Part shown: positions 1-12,562 of the stretch, piece after piece | Position numbering within the stretch: position 1 is the stretch's first letter | How the letters are laid out: each line of letters begins with the position of its first letter | Assembly (NCBI GenBank): GCA_013265495.1 | Contig: MU062841.1 | Span: 7,155,786 to 7,219,785 of the forward strand | Source: Vicugna vicugna | Taxonomy: Eukaryota | Length of the DNA: 64,000 bases | Direction: 5' to 3' | Made by a program: the position numbers and the translations under genes | Notes under the pieces: generated by a model | Told to the model about the DNA's origin: nothing | Database searches by the model: none | Seen by the model: the letters and a program-made list of their open reading frames with translations, nothing else

Positions 1-1206
1 CAGAAAGGAGATGGACATCGTCTTCAAGAGTGAAAAGGGGTACAAAATAAAGGTCCAAAGTACTCCTGCAGGCGAAGCTGTGTTGGACTGTACACTAAGT
101 ACCATCCACTTCGGGATCTGTAGAGAGGAGTGGCAACCTCCCGGGAGCACTTGCTTTCTACGGAAAGAGGAACTACTGGGGAAGGCCACAAATGGCCTCT
201 AAGGGGCGACATCAGGGATTCTCTGGGCCTTCTGATGTGACCACGCTGAAACCTAATGATAAAAGGAGAATCAAGAGGAAATTAGGCTAGAAGGAGGAGG
301 AGGAAGGGATGGATGTTTGAGGATTGGAAGAAGTAAACAAAAGGGTATCAGAACAAGAAGAACCAAGAGAGGTTTTCTGGAAAGAGCAGGTGCTATAGAT
401 ATAAATGTACTGAGTGCCACCAAGGGTAGATCAACTGCTATTACTGAAAATATTTAAGGTGTCACTCTTCTCAACATGCTATTTGCCAAGAAATTTTATA
501 GCACCAGAAGGTGGGAGTATGTTGTTTCCCAGGTGATCAAAGTATATCACCCCACATTTCCATTAGTCAACTGGGGAGCAAACTGATGTACTGTAAACAG
601 AGCTGAGAACCACAAAGGATGCAAGAGGATCCTGGGAAGCTAAAAGAGAGGTCACAAAATCCATGTACTAAAACAGATGCTCTTTACTCAGCAGGAGATC
701 CCACAGGTTATAAAGCTGTTTATTTTATGTGATAAATAATTTTATTTTAATCGGTTTGGTTTGTCATCTGGTTTCTAAACCCATAGTAACAAATTAAAAA
801 GAAATAAGAGAGTCAAATAATGGTAGGCACTTAAATAGCAGTGCAAATAATGACAGAAAGAAGGGAGGAGATAGTAAATATTAGATTTGAAAAATGCATA
901 AAGCGATCAACTGAAAAAAACCCCAAAAGACCAAGGTCCCCAACTGAAACAATGACCAGAGACAAGAATATAGATACTAAGTCATGTTTAAAAACACACA
1001 CACACACCTACTAAGAAGTTCAACCAGAATTCTAAAAAGTGCAAAATTTTAAAATGCTACCATTTTTATCTATTGACTCAAAACATCGAAAATTATCTTA
1101 TTACTCAGTGATGGCAAGGAAGTTGCGAGGTAAGTAAGCATTTTTATACATATGTCAGATACTGCTAGAAAATATTTTGCAATATATGAGTTAAAAGCTT
1201 TTTCAA

Positions 1207-1810
1207 TTGCTATAGAAAATGGTATGACAATTCATAAAAAAATTTAAAATAGAACTATCATATGACCCAGCAATCCCACTTCTGGCTAGACAGCCAAAAG
1301 AACTGAAAGCAGACTCTCAAAGAGATATTTACACTTCCAGGTTCACTGTAGCATTATTCACAAGAGCAAAAAGGTGGAAGCAAACCAAATGTCCATCAAT
1401 GGATGAATGACTAAGTAAAATGTGGTACACGTACACAATAGAAAATTATTCAGCCTTAGAAAGGAAGGAAATCTGTCATATGTTACAACATGGATGAATC
1501 CTGAGAACATTATGCCAGGTGAAGTAAGCCAGACACAAAAAAATAAGTATTGTGTGATTCCACTTATATGAGGCACCTAGAGGAGTCAAATTCAGACACA
1601 GAGAGAAGGATGCTGGTTGCCCAGGGCTGGGGGGCGGGGGGGGGGGATGGGGAGTTGTTATTTAATGGGTATAGTTTCAGTTTTGTGTGATGAAAAGGAT
1701 CTGGAAATCTATTGTACAACAATGTGAGTATACTTAACCCTGCTGAACTGTACACTAAAAAGTAGTTAAGATGGTAAATTTTATGTTTTGTGTTTTTTAC
1801 AATAAAAAAT
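1207..1810 (+). mobile_element. Old L1 (L1MB-like) 3' end fragment
   Basis: Typical L1 ORF2-end/3'UTR text (atatgacccagcaatcccacttctgg, aaatgtccatcaatggatgaatg, actgaactgtacactaaaa) ending in aataaaaa. Confidence 0.85.
1624..1652 (+). other. G-quadruplex-forming G-tract in the L1 3'UTR
   Basis: Four G-runs of at least 3 nt separated by 1-2 nt loops. Confidence 0.6.
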
Positions 1811-1814
1811 TTAT

Positions 1815-2480
1815 TACTATGACCAGAAATTACATTTTTAGGCATCTATCATAAAAAATAATCAGAAGGAGAATCAAAGATTTACATATAAAGGTGTTAT
1901 CACATGTTAATAATGTAAAAAGTAAAATCAACTTAAATGTTCAACAATAGGTGAATGGTTAAATAAATGCACAATTGCAAATGCTATAATATGCAATATT
2001 ATGTGGCCATTAAAAAGGATGCTTTCAAAAAATATGAAAATGCTCACAATATGTTATGAGGAAAAAGCTGGATCTATGACTATAAACAGTATCATCCCAA
2101 TTTATGTTAAAAAAAAATTAAGTGGAGGGGGAGGGTATAGCTCAGTGATAGAAGTCATGCTTAGCATGCTTGAAGTCCTGGGTTCAATCCCCAGTGCTTC
2201 CATTAAAAAAAAAAAAGGAAGAAAGAAAAAGAAAAAAAAATCCTATAATGAAAGATAAATTAAAAAAGAAAAAGTAGGATGGTAAAAAAGTGAGCGAATA
2301 GAAAATCTTTATTTGAATAGAGTCATAGAAGAAAATACACTGAAATGATTTCAGTGGTAATCTTTGGCTTCTGGGGTTATAGGTGCTTTTTCTTTTTCTT
2401 CATGATTTACCATATTTTTCAAAGTTCAATAATGAATACAGATTATTTTAGAATCAGAAAAATATAAAATTTTTTTAAAA
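1815..2480 (+). mobile_element. Ancient L1 (L1ME-like) 3' fragments interrupted by a SINE
   Basis: Degenerate L1M motifs (aaatgttcaacaataggtgaatggttaaataaat, atgtggccattaaaaag). Confidence 0.55.
2127..2240 (+). mobile_element. vic-1-type tRNA-Ala-derived camelid SINE
   Basis: ggggagggtatagctcagtg...ttagcatg...gggttcaatccccagtgcttccatt followed by an A-rich tail; A and B boxes recognisable. Confidence 0.9.
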
Positions 2481-2882
2481 GTTTTTAAAAAGTTTTAAAC
2501 AGACACGAGAAGAGAAAGCTCAGGGCTGACTGAGTAGGGTACTCAATAAATTCTTGCTCATGACACATGGGCCAGGACCCGAGGGAGGATGGTCAGGCCA
2601 GGTCTGATCCAGGAACCACGGGTAAAGCAAGCTGGTGCTTCCCAGAAAAGAAGATGAGGGTAAGTCCCCGGTTCCTGGCCTCCAGTGGCCTTCTCGTTAT
2701 TCTTATTGATTGTTGGTTTAGACACAGGAAAAAATGGAAGGAATGGCTTCCTGCTTTAAAGAGGAAAATTAAGATGTCCTAAGGCAAATGTTCCACAAAG
2801 TAAAGAAATATTTTCCCTTCTATGACAGACAAATTATCTCTGAGTATTATGCCAAATTCTGCATAAAATTGATTAATTACAT

Positions 2883-2900
2883 ACACACACACACACACAC
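2883..2900. repeat. (CA)n microsatellite
   Basis: acacacacacacacacac. Confidence 0.9.
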
Positions 2901-3003
2901 AATATATCCAGATAAAGGAAATAAAGTCAGTAAGATAAAGATATGACAAATGCTAAATTAAAAAAAAAAATCAATATCTAAAAGTGAAAAAGTAAATACT
3001 CAC

Positions 3004-3126
3004 TGATTCACTTGCAGGTCCTCAATTTCCAAAAGAACTCCTTTTTCGTGTAGTCTTGCTGCTGTATATTTTAGAGAAATCTTTTTGCTTTTCTTTCCTT
3101 TCATTTCCCTAGGCTTTTTGGAGACC
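3004..3126 (-). CDS. IQGAP1: IQGAP1 exon 36 (123 nt, RGCT/C-terminal)
   Basis: cag|GGTCTCCAAA...GTGAATCA|gtgagt; encodes [40 protein letters not shown]. Confidence 0.97.
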
Positions 3127-6100
3127 CTGTAAAAATCACATTATGTCACTTTCTGTAAGTAACTATCTACTGTGAATCTTTGTTGGTAATTCAAGGATAT
3201 GAGGTCAGCCCCATACACAAGTAAGTAACAAACCAATTCTAAAATGGCAAATAAATTGCCTAAGCAATGTCTCTGCAAAACAGGGAAACATTCCTAAATT
3301 GCTTTTGTTTTTAATTTAAATTATCTTTGAGAACACACCATGAATCTGACAGTGCCTTAATCTTTCCATGTCCCTCTCAGAGCCTAAGCACATAAATTAC
3401 ATGCCAGCCTGAGGGAACTGTGCTGAATCCCAAGGGAGTCACTTAGTGGCTGTGCAGGGAAAAAAATAAAAATGTCTTAGAATGCATAATTTTTAAGAGT
3501 TTAAGCCACCATAGCAATTACAGAAGAATGGGAGCAAGGAAAAAGAAACATGTTAGAAGGCTACTGGGATAATCAAGGCGAGAAGCAGTAAGAAAAGTAA
3601 GCGAGGGAAGAATAGAGATGAACGAGAACTCGATCTGTAACTCCCAAGGGGAGGGTCTCAAAAAGTGGAGCAGAAAAGCTGGTACTTTTGTAAAAGGGAA
3701 TAATTGCTATGGCTGGCAACTGAAATATCTATCAAAATCACAGCTGCAAAGAACTTTTGATCCAGCAATAACCCTTCGAGAAATTTATCTTTAAAAACAT
3801 GCCTATGTTCACAAAGTGACATATGTATAAGAGGTTATTTGTTACAGAATTTTTTATAATAAATAAGTGGAAACAATGAAGATGTCTATCAGTGGAGAAC
3901 TGATTGAGCAGTTACATTTATCTATACAATAGAATATCATGTAGCCATTAAAAAAGCAATGAGAACCTAGGTCCGTCTGCTTAAAAGGCCTGAAACAATG
4001 ATGACTCTGGCAATGAGCACATCTAGTGCCTAGATTTTGGTTTCTAAATACATTCTTCATTAAAAGGAACCAGGGATGGTTGGAGAAATAACTAATTCCA
4101 AGCCTGGGGAGGGAAAAGTACAAATTGAACCAGAAATATCTCATGGCACAAGGTCAAGAAGTGCTCAAAGAACAATGGGGACATTTCAAAAGGACACAGG
4201 AGTCAGCTCTGCAAGCTGGGTAAGGTGGACCTGATTTGTAGTCCTTCATATCAGCCCTGCCTCACTCTAGGAACTCTTCAGGGAGGGAGGGAAAAAGCAT
4301 AGATGGAAGAATAGGCAAGCTGGAGAGAGGCGAAGCCAATGTGGCAAAATGCTAAATACAGGTGAATCTAGGTGAAGGGTAAATGGGTGTTTCTTATTCT
4401 ATTCATTCAACCTTTCTAGGGATAGAAAATTCTTAAAATGAAAAGTTAGGAGCAAATAATGAACCAACCCATCTAATAAGCAGAACCTGTGCTTATCACC
4501 TCATCTCTCTGGATTTTCAGGTTCCCTCCCTGTAAAACGGGCAGCCTGATGGCTTATGGGTTGCATCAGGTTTTCGTTGGCAGCTGAGGAAACAATCAGG
4601 ATCCGGGATCCCACGTTCAGGAGGTGTAGCGGCCAGGAATTGACATAAGTGTTTATAATGTTCCTTAAGTGATTCTGTGGCACGTTCTGGTTTGGGGACC
4701 ACTAAATGATCCCTTCCCATGATTCTTTAGTTTCTAGGGCCAGGAAGGTATTTTGGGACAAGGGATGCTTAGAAATAAACAGCCTTGAACCCCCCCTCCA
4801 CATTATTTATTTACATACAATAACAAATGGAACCAGGAAATTATATAAATGATTAGAAGCAAAATAAAAGACTAATGGAAAAAACAAACCCAGTGTGTTT
4901 TAAATAAAAATTTCCAATGTCACTCCAGTTGCCTCTTCTTTTTCCCCTGACATTGATTCTTTAGAAGAATACTCACTTGCCCTTGCTGGCCAAGTTATCC
5001 AAGCAGGTTTTGATGTAGCTCTTATAGTAATCCACCTGCTCTCCATAAAAGGTGGCCTTAGAGTTCAGAGCAGCATACGTTTGCTGCAGTTTCACGAGTT
5101 CAGCCTTTCTCCTCTGTCGGTATCTCCGCTGATTTCGAATATCCTGAGACATAATTATTGAAATTAGGAAAATAATGATGGATATCACGTGCTTCTTGAG
5201 TCATTAACACTAGATCCCAGCAGTGCTTTAACTGTGCCTTGCTTGACCACACATTCTTAATAGGCAGCAATTTATGTTCAAAGATTAACAAAGAAATTCA
5301 GAGCTCATCAATTTTTTCCCCGTTTGTATTTTCCAGAGGCAGGGAAATGTGTTACTTTTACAGACCTATGCATTCTCAGAACTGACTTGCAAAGCTGGTT
5401 TAAATCTCTTCAGTGTATTGGCAGGAGGGGAAGAAAAAGATAATTTTCATGTAACAGTTACCAAGCTTCCACCCGTGCATGGCACGATCTTGGTGCGACA
5501 GCAGAGAATGGCTACACTCTCAGCCCACGCCAGAGCCCTTTTCTTGAGAAGACTCACATAAATCAAAGGTTTGATGATAATTCTGATGTGAATTTATATT
5601 TCATAGTAATCATTACAAAGCCTGGAAGAATTCTTTAAGGCCAAAGACAAACTGAGACGCAGGAAGCTCTAACTAGGGTCTTCTCCCTAATTTAGGCCGT
5701 GGAATAAGCCATCAAAGGGCAGGCCAGGAACTCACGTTGGAAGAGTCAGAAACAACTCCCCACAGGAGGGCTCTACTCTGCCTATGAACTGAAGGTATGT
5801 TGTCATTGGAACAGCTGCTGTCCCCTCATGAGCCTCTGTGACAGTTTTAAACGTGGCCAGGCCTTCCCTGCCCCCTAAATGCCGTACCTTGGCGATGTCG
5901 TTGATCAGTTCCTGGTATCTGTTCTTTGGGTCCACGGTCCCAAGCTCCGTTAGCTTCTTCAAGCCTGACTGGATCTTCTCCTTCTTCTCTTGAAGAGTGA
6001 GATTGCTGTCTTCCTTTATCGTTTTTGACTTTTTCATCTTGTCAGGAGTTTTGGCGTCACGGATAGCACGTCTCTGCATGGCCCTCTGATGTTCTGCTTC

Positions 6101-9100
6101 CTACAGTAAGAAATGGAAGTTCGTGGCAAGGTCTTCACACTAATCTACACTGAATTTATATAGTTTTCAAACTCCATTCTGGAAACAGAAGGGAACAAAT
6201 TTACTCCCCAACAAATGACAGAGACACTGCATGAAGCAGAGGCAGATCTCTCTTCATCCAGAAGACAAGTCTGCGAAGTCACGAGCCTTTTTAGGGCTTC
6301 TTTCCTGGACTCTAAGGTATAATTGGAGATTGGACTCTGCTGGATACAAAATCCCTCCTTTTTTCCCTATCACATCTGGGACATGGAAACCATTTAATTT
6401 TAATGGAAACCCAGCTTGATGAATGTTATAACCACCCAATGCAACAACAGTGCTCAGTAAATTCTTGCTAATTCTTTTTGCCACCTCTTCCAGGCTGAGT
6501 GCCACTCACACTCAGGCCTTCCCTCTACTGTCAGACATGCCACAAATGCTGGTAATCTTAAAAAGACCCTTCTTAATTCTGGTATCTCTCCCAATCACCA
6601 TCCAACACGTGTCCATTATGTTCCCGCCCAACAAATGATCCACATGTGCTATTCCACTCTTTCAACACTTTCCTCTTTATTGCCTCAGAATCTGGCTTCT
6701 GCATCTACTGCTTTCATCACCAATTACCATTCCTCCCACCCTAAATCCAGCACCTCCTCCTAGTTGTTGCCTTGATCATCTTCCCTGCACTTCTTCCCTG
6801 CACTAAGCATGGGGTGGCACCTCCAAGTGACCCATGGTCATTTCCTTATAATTGTTCTCTCTCAAAACTTCAATGACCACCTCTATGCTGAGAGATCCCA
6901 GCATATGGCTAAGGCTCTGGTACCATATTTTGAAATGTTTGTACTAGGGATGTTTATATTTGGAAAAGCTTGTAGTTCAAACTTGTAATTTCTCCCAAAC
7001 TGGAGCAATCTGTTTCTTAATATTCCCTTTTCTTCTAAAGCCAATACTACTCTTTATCATATAAAGTAAGGAACACAAACTGTGGAGTCAGAAAAAACTG
7101 CATCCAAGTTTGGTTCTGCCACTGCAAGTTGATGGTCTTGGGCAAATTACTTAACCTCTAGCAGGTCTTTAGTTTCATCATCTGTAAAATGTAGATAAAA
7201 AGACTCACCTCATAGGGACACTGCAAAGATTACATGAAAGAACATAGGTGAAAGCACCAAACTACTGTCAGTTCTCAATAAAGACCAGCTCCTCCTTCCC
7301 AACTTCAAACTTCCTTCCAGGTTACACAAGTTGCAGTTACTGGTTACGTATCTTTTCTTGACCCTCACATACATCCAAATGGTAATCAACCACAGCATCT
7401 GATAGCTGACAATTCATTTAAAACAGTAGTTTTCATATAGTCCTTGGTGCAGCCTTAAGGGTCTCCCAGAGGGACCATGAGTCCCAGAGGGCGGGCTTCT
7501 AAGGGCCCCATCCCTAGTGCCACTAGAGTAGCTCCAATTTTACTTGTATTACATATTGGGCTTCCAAATGTACTGTTACTTAATGAAAAGGATTCTCATG
7601 CTCAAAATTTGAAATCAAATGACTGGACTTACTTTTCCCATTTTATAAACTTGAAACAGGAATCTTAAGTGTGAAGTGATTCATCTGTCCCTTCCCACTG
7701 CCACCCCTCAACCAGCTGGGCCTGGGGCCTAAGCACACACCTAGATGACTCAGCTACCAGCTGCTCCGACAGCACTGCCAAGTGGATCAATATCAAATGG
7801 TCCCAAAGGTTATAAAACTCTTTACTCCTTATCTCTCTGGTGCCAAACTCCTAAGTTTTGGGTTCTATATAATTTGTCCTCATGCTTAATTTCTCACTAC
7901 TCATCTTCACCCACCTCTTCATTCCAGGTATGTAGGTCTGGTCACATCATGCTGTCCCCTCCCTCGGGCCTCTGTTCACCTGGACTCTCCTGTCCAGAAT
8001 GCCCCCTTGTCATACATGTACACTCCAGTCCTGTCCATTTTGTCCATTTGGTTCAAGTCTCACACCTTCCTGATGCTTTGCTCCCCACTGGCCTTTCTCC
8101 TTAACTTCTAGCATTTTTAGAGCCAATACCACAGAGAATTTTTAATGGTTTACTAAGAGGATTGGGTACAGCTCAGTGGCAGAGCGCATGCTTAGCATGC
8201 ATGAGATTCGGGGTTCAATCCCCGGTATCTCCTTTTAAAAAAAAAAAGAATTGAATAGGTTTTCTAATTGCTTCAGGTATATATGCCACACATCTCCAAC
8301 TAGATCATGAGTTCACTGAACTTAGAAGCCACATTCTCTACTTTTATTCTGTCTACCAAGGCACTTACCAAACTTCCAACTATATAATATTTAATAAGTA
8401 ACTCATTGATTCTGCTTCAGGTTAAATTAAAACACACACATAGGCTGCATGTAAGTGCCAGTGAGCTTTGTGCCCTAGAAACATCTACCTCTGGATTTAG
8501 GAACCAACAACTTTCTCAGGAAGCCCTAAACACCACCACCCTCCAGTCACTGCCAAGCCCACCTCCAGGTTGCCACCTCTCACCAGCTGTGTCCTGCCTC
8601 CTCAGCCCTGTCATGTGACCGTCACAGGAGCATATCTCCGCCTTGCTGTGGTAGATTAAACCCCTAAATTTTACCTGTTCACTGGTGGCTGGTGTTTCTA
8701 GGATTTCAGTCAAGGTCTCTCCTGGCTGGAACCGGATGACGTCCACAATTAAACGTTTTGTGCTGAAAGGAGATGCAGGCAGCGTTTAAACATTAGCAGG
8801 AGTCCTACTTCCCCTCGAGTGGCCACAGCAGCAGCAGCACTGCCTCACACGGGCCTACTGAGCAGCTGCTACTGCAAGGCACACAGGCCCCAGGCTTCTT
8901 TATGCAGCTATACCAGGGTGGGCACCGAGGTTAGGATTTCCAAGGTGCAAACTCATTCTGGCATCTTATTAGCAAATAAGGCAGTAGGTCCTTTGCCAAG
9001 TATAACACATGAAGTGGCCAGAATCATGTCAGGCTTAAATGGCCAGGATGATCACTTTAGGTGTGAACAAGCAGACTTGTTCATCAGGACTAAGGGGTCA

Positions 9101-12100
9101 CTGGGTTACATTTACTCCATTCCTCCTACTTCCAATACTCACTTCAGTAAGATGGTCCTCGCGTCCATTTCTGCATTCTCATCTCCAGGCACATCAAACT
9201 TGTTAGTCAGTGTGAGAGATACTTCTGTCTTAGCCAGTGCCTCCTTATTTGGGTCATTTAAATTGCCAGAGCTTTCTCCTAAGGTTTTGCGAGGGTAGAA
9301 AGAATCAGTATCAAAAAGAGAGAAGACACTGGAGAGGAGATAATAATACAAGTAAAAGATAATACGAGTTTAAGAAGATAGTTGAACAAGCCAATATGTA
9401 CACTGCGGCAAGGACATCTTTTACTAAGAAATACAAGAAAATATTATGCCAGATGATAAAGGCAAAGGATCCATAATAAAACAATTTAATAAATGTTTAA
9501 CAAACCATTTCAACACTGTAATATTTCTCTCTCAAAATACTCCGTTCATTTCCTTTACAGGACTTACAATTTCTAGTGACAAGACTATGCACGTATATGC
9601 ACTGGAAGTGATCTCTTCCCCTGGACTTCAGCTCCTCACAGACAGGGGTTACATCGGTTTTCTTCCCCGATGTATATTCAGAGCTTGAACAGTGCAGAAA
9701 CAGTGGAGGTGACAATGAACAGCACTCCTGCCAAGTTCCCCTCTCAGCTTCTGGGTAGTTGAGTCAGAACCTTACCTATTAGGGACTCGATAGTGGGCAC
9801 CTCGCCAAGGTCATCCAGCAGCTCGTGGATCGGGTCGTTGTGCTCCGGGGCAATGGCGTCCTGGTGATCTAACAGGAGCTGCATCGAACATCCAGGGGTC
9901 AATTCCATTCACACACTCAACCCGTTAGCACCCACCCCATTCACAATGCCTACCAGCACAAAAGAGGTGAGATAACAAAGCTCCTACGTTCGAAGAACTG
10001 ACAAACCAATCCTCAACAAACTAACCTAAATTAACAACATACAAAGCAACACACTAGCCGTGCTGAATGGCATATGCTGTGAGGTATGAAGAGGGAATGC
10101 CGATACTCTCTCAAATTTATAGATATAAAGGATTTCAATGAACTCTATATAAGAAAGAACAACGAAACCCACAGACTTCAATTTCCAAGTCATCAGCCAG
10201 TTCCAATGACTCGCATTCATACTTTTACTTAATGTTTCCAGTATATAATATCTTCTAATTCAGAGAAAAGTGCACCAGATCAACATTATCATTATTTTAG
10301 GGACATTGAGCAAAGCCTGTAAGATGCTATTATCCCAGGCGATGCCATCAGAAACGACAATACCTGAAATTTCATTTACATTTTATATATTTCCTCATTT
10401 CCTGTTCAATATGTCCCCAAAGGGAAAAGGAATCAATTATAAAAATTTGGGGGAAAAAAGGAGCACCCAAGGGAAAAATCACTCTAAGGTGACAGAGCAA
10501 AAAAGTTGGTATTATGATGTTAGAATGTAACACAGAGGGCCAGGGCAAAACGAAGGAGCAGTAAAAACAGTATTTTATCAAGTCACTACATCAGTCGTCA
10601 CAATGGAGATTCGGAAGCCCACCCGTGGGGATTCAGATTCAGCTGGCCTGTGGTGGGGCTCAGGAAACTTCATTTTTAATAACCAGCCCAGATGTTCTGA
10701 TGCAGGTGGCCTGGGGATCACTTCGAGAAAGTTAAGGATAATAAGCAAAGGAAGATAAACAACAAGGCAGATGTGATGTCAGTAAGATCACAGGAAGGTA
10801 AGCTATCTGGCTTCCAGAGATAGCAAGCAGCAGCCAGAGAAGGCAATTAAGACACAGCAACGAAAGTAAGCAATTAAAGAAAAACACGTACAGTGTGGGT
10901 GTTGATGATTTCGCCAATGGAAATGTAGATCACTGGTTTGGTGAGGGTCACTAAATCAGAGTACTCATCCACATTAAATTTATCCTGAAGCTCTGGGACA
11001 TCACAAGCGGTTTGGAAAAACCGTCTGAAAATAAACACAGGAGTCAGGCCCCAACAGGTGACACATGTGTGAGAAGTGGACGGGAGGACGCCCCACAACC
11101 CTCTGGAGCAGTGAGTTCAAACAGAAGCCAGTCATGACGGTTAATTCTAGAGAAACTGCTGCACATTCATTGATGCTTGACAGCCTTGGGGCGTTGGTTC
11201 TCTCACCACCCAGTTTTAATTCTACCCACAAGAACTACTCAACCATAATTTAAAACAGTTCTCAAACACCTGTGTCATTAGCGGATCCAACTTTCTAAGA
11301 CAATGCCCCCAGCTCAACTGAATGTTTAATTTACAACTATTAAAAGCACTCTCCAGTTCTTCTCTGACTACAAAGTAACATGTGCCTAATGCAGACCATT
11401 GTTTTTACATTACTGTCTGTTTCACAGGAATACATTTTAATAGCTCAGACATCCTCTTCATTATCTCCCGGAGCTCTGAGCATATCAAACATGTGTCCTA
11501 CAATACTGTGGTCCAGGGAATGCTGGGTGTGGTATTTAATCCTGTCTTTTCCTTCAGAGTTAGAAACATGCCCATGGAATCTTTCAAGTACATTGTCCCT
11601 TTCCCCTTACCTGAATTTCTGGTAGGATTGGGAAAGATATTCGTTAATGATGCTTAAGTGAGCATTATCTCCCAGAAACATCTTATTGGAAGCTGCATGT
11701 TGGAGCATCTTTGCAATGGAGCCAAGATTTCGGCGTTGGTCTGTGGTAAGCTGGCCTCCTGCTGACAGGTCAATGATGTCAAAGGCATCAGGAGCAACAA
11801 TGGCTGGATTCATGTATCGATAGTAGAGCAAGTTACCAATAATCTGGGAACAGAGGATAAAGAAATGGGAGTTAAAAATCACTCCACCAAGTAAGCCATA
11901 AATGGCTTTGCTAGCAAAGAAAACCAGAAAATGCAGTCCTGTGAGAAAAAAATAAATACTACACACACATGCACATACACTTTCTCTCAAGGCCTGAAAC
12001 TTTTAGTGACCAAACATCCCTTGGCTGGATGCAGAAAAAAGAAAAAGAGAACAGAACTGAAAATCATAATGAAAGAGAAGATTCGGAAGGTAAAAATGAA

Positions 12101-12517
12101 AGATGTAAAGTCTGTATTGGGCATTTTAGGGCAGTCTTTGTTCACGTATCACAGCAGCAAATAAGGGTGCTGTCAACCACATGCACTTTTCGTTTTTAGG
12201 TAAATGGGCTTTCATCCTAAGAAGCTAACAAACGTAGCTAAAATCAATCCTTAAACATGACCAAATTAGCATAGCATAATCTGTCCAACCCCCACCATCC
12301 TCATGCTGCAGACTTCAAAGGCAGACAAACTCATGCCTCTGAAATTAAAGTCACTCAACACACAACACTTTCACAGANNNNNNNNNNNNNNNNNNNNNNN
12401 NNNNNNNNNNNNNNNNNNNNNNNNNNNNNNNNNNNNNNNNNNNNNNNNNNNNNNNNNNNNNNNNNNNNNNNNNNNNNNNNNNNNNNNNNNNNNNNNNNNN
12501 NNNNNNNNNNCGTTTAG

Positions 12518-12562
<45 letters not shown>

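Noticed and set aside
1-3003. IQGAP1 exons 37-38
   Set aside because: No sequence encoding FKNVIFEI or DLLQLQYEG found, so they should lie beyond the left edge of the window.
8819-9298. 159-aa plus-strand ORF antisense to exon 32
   Set aside because: It starts at GTG, has no recognisable domain, and is partly explained by stop avoidance opposite a coding exon.
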